64,000 nt of DNA from an uncultured Coriobacteriaceae bacterium (GTDB lineage Bacteria > Actinomycetota > Coriobacteriia > Coriobacteriales > Atopobiaceae): contig CADBDT010000007.1 in assembly GCA_902793465.1 (NCBI GenBank), forward strand, positions 14,322-78,321, in the 5' to 3' direction. A program made the translations under genes and the position numbers. Of this stretch, positions 17,029 through 22,904 are shown piece by piece; position 1 is the stretch's first letter; each line of letters begins with the position of its first letter. Under the pieces are notes generated by a model that saw only the letters and a program-made list of their open reading frames with translations, searched no databases and had not been told where the DNA came from.

Positions 17029-18348
17029 CTACGCGCGTGGCTTGCCGCAGTTCATGCAGAACTTGCCCGTATTCTGCGTGCCGCACTCGCACGTCCAGGG
17101 ACCGTTATCCGCAACGGGTTTGGGCGTACCGCACTCCATGCAGAACTTTCCGGTGTTCTGAGCGCCGCACTTGGGGCATGCCCAACCACCAGCAGGCTGC
17201 GGGGCGGGCTGTGGCTTGCCGCAGTTCATGCAGAACTTGCCTTGGTTCTGCGTGCCGCACTCGCACGTCCAGCCTCCCTGTGCCTGCGGCCTTCCAAAGC
17301 CGCCGTTGGGAGACACGCCGTAGGCGTTCTGGTACTGATACGGCTGGCCAACGCCGTCGTACATTCCAGGTTGGTTCATGCCCATGCCAGCTTGCTGCGC
17401 CATGTTCATACCCATGAAGCCCATCATGGCACCGTTCTCGTTTGCCGCGGCGGTACGCATGGCGTCGCCCGTTGCCATGCTCTGGTTGGCCGCACGCATG
17501 TTGGGATCGCGCATGACTGCCGTCATCTGCAGCGTCTTAATGCGCTCTTCGTCCTCGGGATTGGCAGCGATGGAGTTAATGCCAATGGCTGCGATCTTAA
17601 TGCCGCGAAGCTCGGTCCAGCTTGCAGAGAGGACCTCGTTGAGTGCAGCCGCGAGCTCCATGGTATGGCCGGGAACGGCACTGTAGCGCACGCCCTGCTC
17701 GGAAATCCTTGCGAAGGCCGGCTGCAGAGCGGTAAGGAACTCACTCTTAAGCTGGCTGTCTATGCGATCGCGCGTAAAGTCGCCCTCTACATTTGCGGCA
17801 ACGCTCTTATAGAAGAGCAGCGGGTCCACGATCTTGTAGGAGTACTCGCCGTTGCAGCGTACAGAAATGTCTGTGTCCAGACCAATGTTCATGTCTACGA
17901 CGCGGAAGGGAACAGGCGTGGGCGTTCCAAACTTGTTGCCCATAATCTCCTTGGTATTAAAGAAGTAGACACGCTGGTCGTTGGCCTCGTTGCCGCCAAA
18001 GGTAAAGCGGTAACCAATGCGCTCGAAGGTCTTCTTTATGCCCTCGCCCAGGCCACCATAGAGTACCGTGGGCTCGGTGCCAGAGTCAAACACGAACTCG
18101 CCAGCCTCGGCGCACACTTCCAGAATCTCGCCCTGCTGGACGATTATCATGCACTGGCCCTCGTTAACGGCAATAATTGAGCCGTTGGTAATAACGTTTT
18201 CGCTACCCTTGTTCGTGCCCTTCTTGGCGCGACGCTTTCCCTTGGTCATGAGCACGTCCGCGTTTAGGGAATCGCAGTAGAAGTAGTCCCTCCACTGATC
18301 CGAAAGCGCGCTCGATGCGGCGCCTATGCCTGCCTTAAGAAGTCCCAT
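17029..18348 (-). CDS. SPFH/band-7 superfamily protein, YdjI-like ('virion core protein' COG4260 type), with three C-terminal zinc ribbons
   Basis: N-terminus MGLLKAGIGAASSALSDQWRDYFYCDSLNADVLMTKG is typical of this family. The C-terminus has three W(T/A)C(E/P)(C/K)CG(T/A)QN.GKFC(M)(N/E)CG units. Confidence 0.8.
   Translation of the reverse strand: MGLLKAGIGAASSALSDQWRDYFYCDSLNADVLMTKGKRRAKKGTNKGSENVITNGSIIAVNEGQCMIIVQQGEILEVCAEAGEFVFDSGTEPTVLYGGLGEGIKKTFERIGYRFTFGGNEANDQRVYFFNTKEIMGNKFGTPTPVPFRVVDMNIGLDTDISVRCNGEYSYKIVDPLLFYKSVAANVEGDFTRDRIDSQLKSEFLTALQPAFARISEQGVRYSAVPGHTMELAAALNEVLSASWTELRGIKIAAIGINSIAANPEDEERIKTLQMTAVMRDPNMRAANQSMATGDAMRTAAANENGAMMGFMGMNMAQQAGMGMNQPGMYDGVGQPYQYQNAYGVSPNGGFGRPQAQGGWTCECGTQNQGKFCMNCGKPQPAPQPAGGWACPKCGAQNTGKFCMECGTPKPVADNGPWTCECGTQNTGKFCMNCGKPRA
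17038..17272. repeat. In-frame triplicated zinc-ribbon module (units 1 and 3 nearly identical at DNA level)
   Basis: 17038-17098 and 17212-17272 are 61-nt copies that differ only in a short patch (cccgtatt vs ccttggtt). The period is 174 nt, i.e. 58 codons. A diverged middle unit lies at about 17119-17190. Confidence 0.85.
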
Positions 18349-18432
18349 TCTATCCTCCGTTCCCCTGCCATACCGCAGGGATTGCTCGGCTCAACAATTT
18401 GCTACATATAATAGCGCTTTTGCAAAACTTGG

Positions 18433-19152
18433 TTACGTCAGAGCGCCACCGCAGTACTCGCACCGCCCGCTTGCGTCGGGCACGGTGGTTGCCAGGCAGT
18501 GCGGGCACTGTATGGCGGCGCGGGGTTGCTTGGCCGCTCGTACGCCCTCCTGAACTTGCGTTAGTGCTTCGGATATCTCCTTGCATGCGTTTTCGGCGCT
18601 CATGTATTCCGCAGATCCCTTGCGCTCGATGGTGTTGCGATTGTACTTGAAGCGAATGCTGTTCACGTAGGGGTGGTTGACAAGGATGTTTATGTAGAAG
18701 TCATACTCGTAGTCAAACCGTGGCGGGTTGTACGATTGCTCTACGCCGTCCGCGTCCTTGTACTTCTGTTCCGTACTGGTCTCGTCTACCTCGTAGCTGC
18801 AGCCCGTAATCTGATCGTATTCAAAGACGTCGGGGTTTGACGACCTCCAGTCCGACGCACGCGTGATTATTACCCGTTGCTCGTCCTCGTCTATGTAAAT
18901 CTTTGTGGTTGTCCCCAAGGTTCGGGTGGGGTTGAACTTCTCCACCTCTTTTTTGTTCTGCTCGCGATACGACAGCTGCTCGCGAATCTTGTCTACGGTC
19001 GTCTGACGCGCACCGGTAAAGTATGGTGAAAGCTTGCCCGCGCACTCCTTGCACAGCAGCCCGTCAGAGAGCTTCGTCTTGCCAAAAACTCCCAGCTCCG
19101 CATTGCACACGGAGCAATACTTCTTCTCGAACAGCTTTCCAAACAGAGCCAT
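18433..19152 (-). CDS. DUF4428-type zinc-ribbon protein (N- and C-terminal CxxC pairs)
   Basis: MALFGKLFEKKYCSVCNAELGVFGKTKLSDGLLCKECAGKLSPYF is the DUF4428 signature. The C-terminus has CPHC...CEYCG. Start refined to ATG 19152 (AAGGAGG 7 nt upstream). Confidence 0.75.
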   Translation of the reverse strand: MALFGKLFEKKYCSVCNAELGVFGKTKLSDGLLCKECAGKLSPYFTGARQTTVDKIREQLSYREQNKKEVEKFNPTRTLGTTTKIYIDEDEQRVIITRASDWRSSNPDVFEYDQITGCSYEVDETSTEQKYKDADGVEQSYNPPRFDYEYDFYINILVNHPYVNSIRFKYNRNTIERKGSAEYMSAENACKEISEALTQVQEGVRAAKQPRAAIQCPHCLATTVPDASGRCEYCGGALT

Positions 19153-19410
19153 TTGATCCTCCTTAGCAAAACGTATGCTATACAAAGTTGCTTCCATTAT
19201 GCGTGGTTGGATCTTGCCGAGCCGATGCGCGGTGCGGTTAATCGGCGAATGCCACTACGGCGCGTTGGCAGAGCTCGACCCGTTCGCTATTGGAGGCAAA
19301 GGCCGTGACACACCCCTTCACAAGCCGATCGCGCAGCGCGTCGACGTCGGGCCCGTCACAGCGCGCGTCTGTTACTCCCCTCCACGGCCTCGTGCAAGTG
19401 CCAGCTTCAC

Positions 19411-19737
19411 CTACCTGCCGTCCTTAACGAATATCGTCATCCTCACCTGGGCCTCGGGGTGCTGCGTCCAGTCCGTAGAAGACACGCGCGCCTCGAACAG
19501 TTTCCCATACCCGAAGTACAGGAGCTTCGACAGCTCGGCGTTCTTTGCCATGGGAACGAAACCGATCTTGGTCTTGCCGCAGTACACGGCAATGGCGTTG
19601 GGGTCGTAGGGGTTGTCTGGCTCGCCCTGCAGCTTGAGCTTCTTGCCCGGGCGCAGCTTGTTCATTACCTGCACGCCATACCAGTGGCTGAAGCCTGCGA
19701 CGTGGCAGGACAGGTACTCTCGTGACATCTCGTACAT
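19411..19737 (-). CDS. Stand-alone HIRAN domain protein
   Basis: 108 aa. HVAGFSHW...GKKLKLQGEPDNPYDPNAIAVY..KIGFVP matches the HIRAN core (L.REP.NP.D.NAI.V...G.VP). Confidence 0.75.
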   Translation of the reverse strand: MYEMSREYLSCHVAGFSHWYGVQVMNKLRPGKKLKLQGEPDNPYDPNAIAVYCGKTKIGFVPMAKNAELSKLLYFGYGKLFEARVSSTDWTQHPEAQVRMTIFVKDGR

Positions 19738-19920
19738 GGTTGCCTCCTTGCAATCGTGCGGGTCCTCCCCGTGTTTGTCGACATCATACGAGGCGTACTG
19801 GACAACAATTGCACCGCGGGCGTCGGTACGCAGAGGGTGGGGAGATTGGTCCTTGCAAGCATGCTTTTACCTCCATGGCAAAGGTGAAAACGGAATCGCC
19901 AAAACCTTTGTTAGTATGTT

Positions 19921-19948
19921 AGAATATTCACGGTATCGTGAATATTCT
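19921..19948. promoter_or_regulatory. Perfect 12-4-12 palindrome (candidate operator) upstream of the DUF4160/DUF2442 pair
   Basis: AGAATATTCACG-GTAT-CGTGAATATTCT. It ends 13 nt before the ATG at 19962 and overlaps a TAGAAT -10-like hexamer. Confidence 0.5.
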
Positions 19949-19961
19949 TTGGGGGTAACGA

Positions 19962-20216
19962 ATGCCAGTACTTGCAAGACTGGACGGCATTATCATAAGG
20001 ATGTACTTCCAGCAGGAAGAACATAATCCCCCGCACGTGCATGCCATTTACGGCGATTACATAATAGCTGTGGACATACGGACGGGAGAAGTCCTGGACG
20101 GGTCCTTCCCTCCCAAGAGGAAGGCCATCGTTTCGCAATGGGTGCTCGAACATCAGTCGGATTTACTGCACATTTGGGAGACGCAAGACTTCACGCGATT
20201 TGACCCCAAGGCATAG
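19962..20216 (+). CDS. DUF4160 domain protein
   Basis: 84 aa. IRMYFQQEEHNPPHVHAIYGDY is the characteristic DUF4160 motif. Confidence 0.85.
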   Translation: MPVLARLDGIIIRMYFQQEEHNPPHVHAIYGDYIIAVDIRTGEVLDGSFPPKRKAIVSQWVLEHQSDLLHIWETQDFTRFDPKA

Positions 20217-20229
20217 GGAGCTAAACAAT

Positions 20230-20676
20230 ATGGTCGCTTTTCACAAAGTCAACTCCGTAACGGCACTCAAGCCGTATATGCTCATAGTCCAGTTTGCCGA
20301 GGGAGTATCCAAGACGTATGACGTAAGCATGCTGTTCGACAAGTGGCCCGCGTTTCAGGCGCTCCAGTCGAATGATGCCCTGTTTGCACGAGTGCATGTG
20401 GACGTGGGAGGACACGGCATCGTGTGGGACGACAATCTAGACCTCTCGTGCAACGAGCTCTTTCGCAATGGACAGGTTGTTGACACCGAATTCGATGGTC
20501 TTATGGCGTGCTCGGATGCAACAGCCATCTGGGGGCTACACGAGAGCACGCTTCGAAAAGCAATTGCATACGGTCGGCTTAGGAGCGGCGTGGACGTCTG
20601 CAAGTTCGGCAAGCAGTGGGTGGTAAGCAGGGATGCCATGATACGCGAGTTCGGACCACTGGACTCGCATTTGTAG
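20230..20676 (+). CDS. DUF2442 domain protein with C-terminal helix-turn-helix extension
   Basis: DUF2442-like N-terminal half (VTALKPYMLIVQFAEGVSKTYDV...VWDDNLDLS). The C-terminal AIWGLHESTLRKAIAYGRL looks like an HTH. Start refined to ATG 20230 (GGGAG upstream). Confidence 0.8.
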   Translation: MVAFHKVNSVTALKPYMLIVQFAEGVSKTYDVSMLFDKWPAFQALQSNDALFARVHVDVGGHGIVWDDNLDLSCNELFRNGQVVDTEFDGLMACSDATAIWGLHESTLRKAIAYGRLRSGVDVCKFGKQWVVSRDAMIREFGPLDSHL

Positions 20677-20776
20677 CGTTAAGCAGGCCTGCTCGCAGCT
20701 ATCCCTTGCCCAAGCGTTCCCGTCCATTGCGTCACGTATACTCTTATTTAGATGGAAGCAGCAGAAGGGGCGCAAC

Positions 20777-20977
20777 ATGGACAACGGGAGCGAGCTCTTA
20801 CGAGAAGAGTTGCTCGACTATTACGGGACCGCCGCTTTCAACGGCAATGCGGCAGCGATGGATCTGCTGGGCAACATTGAGTTCGCGGACGACGACGAGC
20901 TAAGGGCGTTTGCCGATGACGCGGGAATAGAGGCCGGCTCGTATCTCGACGAAGAAGACGACTGGTTCGGATGGTAG
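20777..20977 (+). CDS. Small acidic hypothetical protein (66 aa)
   Basis: AGAAGGGG lies 6 nt before the ATG and GC3 is high. LLDYYGTAAFNGNAAAMDLL...DDWFGW resembles small proteins I have seen on gut-bacterial mobile elements, but I cannot name a family. Confidence 0.55.
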   Translation: MDNGSELLREELLDYYGTAAFNGNAAAMDLLGNIEFADDDELRAFADDAGIEAGSYLDEEDDWFGW

Positions 20978-21191
20978 GCGCCTGCGATCCTCTTGTACCG
21001 GAACCCGAGCTGCCCAGTCGTTAACAAACGCGCGTGCGCTCGATTGCGCAATGTCCTCCGGCACGCTCAGGGCACACCAGGCCACCCCCGTGTCAATTTT
21101 AGGATTCATCTTTACCTACACAGCCAAATGCCGCAGCTAGCGACATCACGGTCCCGCCGCCCCATCGAAGCCCTCCGAGAGCCTTCGGACT

Positions 21192-21353
21192 CTAGCTGAT
21201 CGTGTAAGAATTGCAGTATGCCTTGTCGCAGTCCTTGCTCGTGCAATCCAACCATCTTCCCCAAGATCCGCCGGCAATCCCCTCCAGCTCATCTTCGGAA
21301 AGCTCGTAGCCCTCCTCCTTTGCAAGGGCTATACACGTGCAAACAACACATAT
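21192..21353 (-). CDS. Double-glycine-leader peptide (bacteriocin/RiPP-precursor-like); no canonical in-frame start, possibly frameshifted
   Basis: Own translation: ICVVCTCIALAKEEGYELSEDELEGIAGG/SWGRWLDCTSKDCDKAYCNSYTIS*. LSEDELEGIAGG fits the LSxxELxxIxGG leader consensus exactly. GGAG-N5-ATG at 21349-21351 is one nucleotide out of frame. Confidence 0.35.
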   Translation of the reverse strand: MCVVCTCIALAKEEGYELSEDELEGIAGGSWGRWLDCTSKDCDKAYCNSYTIS

Positions 21354-21396
21354 TTACTCCGATTAATCCTGTAATATGGTACTAGGAGGTGCAAAT

Positions 21397-21984
21397 ATGC
21401 TCTTGACTACTCGTATGCTCGAAGACCGGCTTTCCGAGTATGGGAATCCACGCAATAGAATAGGCCGTATGGTCGACGCCGGTGAACTCATACAAGTTCG
21501 CCGGGGGCTCTACGAGACGGACCGCACGGTGGCAGGTTGCGGTTTGGCGCCAAGCATTTATGGTCCCTCGTACCTTTCGTTCGAGTACGCAATGGCGCGT
21601 CATGGCCTCATTCCCGAAGCCGTGCACGTCTTTACATCTGCCACCTGCGCAAAGCGCAAGTCGCGTAGCTACGAGAACGCATACGGCCGGTACGACTACC
21701 AAGACGTTCCCGTCTCCGTGTTCTCCCTTTGTGTGGAGTTGGTACGCGAGCCAGGCTACCCGTACTGGATTGCGACCCCCGAGAAGTCGCTCTGCGACAA
21801 GCTGTACAAGTTGCCACCCGTTGCAAACAAGGTGGAGTTCGAGACGCTTCTTCTCGACGACCTTCGGATTGGCGAGGATTCCCTAGGGTCGCTCGACTTG
21901 AATGCAGTCGCAATGTTGGCGCGGCGCTATCGCTGCCGCAACGTAATGCGCCTCGCCAGCTACCTCAGGGGGATGCGCCGATGA
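21397..21984 (+). CDS. abiEi: AbiEi-family type IV antitoxin (transcriptional regulator)
   Basis: GELIQVRRGLYET...PSYLSFEYAMARHGLIPE...ATPEKSLCDKLY matches the AbiEi pattern. Start at ATG 21397 (AGGAGG upstream). ATGA overlap with the next gene. Confidence 0.85.
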   Translation: MLLTTRMLEDRLSEYGNPRNRIGRMVDAGELIQVRRGLYETDRTVAGCGLAPSIYGPSYLSFEYAMARHGLIPEAVHVFTSATCAKRKSRSYENAYGRYDYQDVPVSVFSLCVELVREPGYPYWIATPEKSLCDKLYKLPPVANKVEFETLLLDDLRIGEDSLGSLDLNAVAMLARRYRCRNVMRLASYLRGMRR

Positions 21985-22862
21985 AAACCATGCTCGACGC
22001 CATGCTTGAACCCTACGAGTCATCTACAGCCGAGCAGCGCAAGCTGGCGCTCAGGCAGGTCGCCCAAGAGGTTATTCTCTGCGGCCTGAGCCGTGCGGGG
22101 TTCTTCGGTCCCGCCGCGTTCTACGGAGGAACAGCCCTACGTATCTTTTACGGCCTCGACCGCTTTTCGGAGGACATGGACTTTTCGCTGCGGCAGCCAG
22201 ATGCGAATTTTGACCTTGGTCCATATCTCGCTTCGGCCGAACGAGAGTGCGAGGCTTGGAGCCTTCATTTCCATGCTGAGGAAAAGCGCAAGACGGGCAG
22301 GTCTGCCATCAAGTCCGCGTTCCTCAAGAGCAATACGCGCGAATGCCTGATCACGCTGTTCTCCGACGACGGAGTGGCGAATGCAATAGCCCCTGGCGAG
22401 CTCTTGCGCATAAAACTTGAGCTCGACACCGACCCCGCACCACATGCGACATTCGAGAGACAATACCGTCTTTTGCCGTCGCCCTACGAGGTCGGCCTCT
22501 ACGATACACCGTCGCTCCTTGCGGGCAAGGCACATGCTGTCATAGCACGCGCATGGAGGTCACGCGTCAAGGGGCGCGACCTCTATGACTACGTGTTCTA
22601 CCGCTCGAGAAACATCCCCGTTAACGTGGCGCATCTAGGGGCAAAGCTGCAGCAGACCGGCCAGGTTGCGTCGGGCCAGGATTTTGGTTTGGATGACGCG
22701 ACCCGGCTCCTGTGCGAGCGCTTCGAAAGCATAGACTATGTCCAAGCCAAGGCAGATGTCCTGCCGTTTATCCGTGATCCACATTCCCTTGACGTCTGGA
22801 GCGCGGACTTCTTCTGCTCCATTACCGAGGAGCTTTCCGAAGCGATTGCGGATGCTAACTAG
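21981..22862 (+). CDS. abiEii: AbiEii/AbiGii-family nucleotidyltransferase toxin
   Basis: FYGGTALRIFYGLDRFSEDMDFSL is the family signature (GGTAL...R.SEDLDF). Start refined to ATG 21981. Confidence 0.9.
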   Translation: MKTMLDAMLEPYESSTAEQRKLALRQVAQEVILCGLSRAGFFGPAAFYGGTALRIFYGLDRFSEDMDFSLRQPDANFDLGPYLASAERECEAWSLHFHAEEKRKTGRSAIKSAFLKSNTRECLITLFSDDGVANAIAPGELLRIKLELDTDPAPHATFERQYRLLPSPYEVGLYDTPSLLAGKAHAVIARAWRSRVKGRDLYDYVFYRSRNIPVNVAHLGAKLQQTGQVASGQDFGLDDATRLLCERFESIDYVQAKADVLPFIRDPHSLDVWSADFFCSITEELSEAIADAN

Positions 22863-22904
22863 ACGAGGCTGGCCTAGCAAGGGGGAGTAACCCTCTTGAT
22901 AGGT

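Noticed and set aside
19240-19385. A high-GC3 open frame on the minus strand in the HIRAN/DUF4428 gap (...DVDALRDRLVKGCVTAFASNSERVELCQRAVVAFAD*).
   Set aside because: It has no ATG and only a late GTG (27 codons), no Shine-Dalgarno sequence, and no recognisable motif. It could be a gene remnant, but I cannot support a call.
20900-21109. A 69-aa minus-strand ORF (MNPKIDTGVAWC...) overlapping the 3' end of the small acidic protein gene.
   Set aside because: It has a weak ribosome-binding context and an Arg/Pro-rich second half typical of an antisense frame. The plus-strand ORF has a better Shine-Dalgarno sequence and coherent composition. The strand assignment remains somewhat uncertain.
22878-22898. 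A small hairpin, CAAGGGGG-AGTAA-CCCTCTTG, between convergent abiEii and the helicase gene, considered as a bidirectional terminator.
   Set aside because: The stem is short and includes a G-T pair, and there is no T-tract on either strand. It is plausible but too weak to list as a feature.
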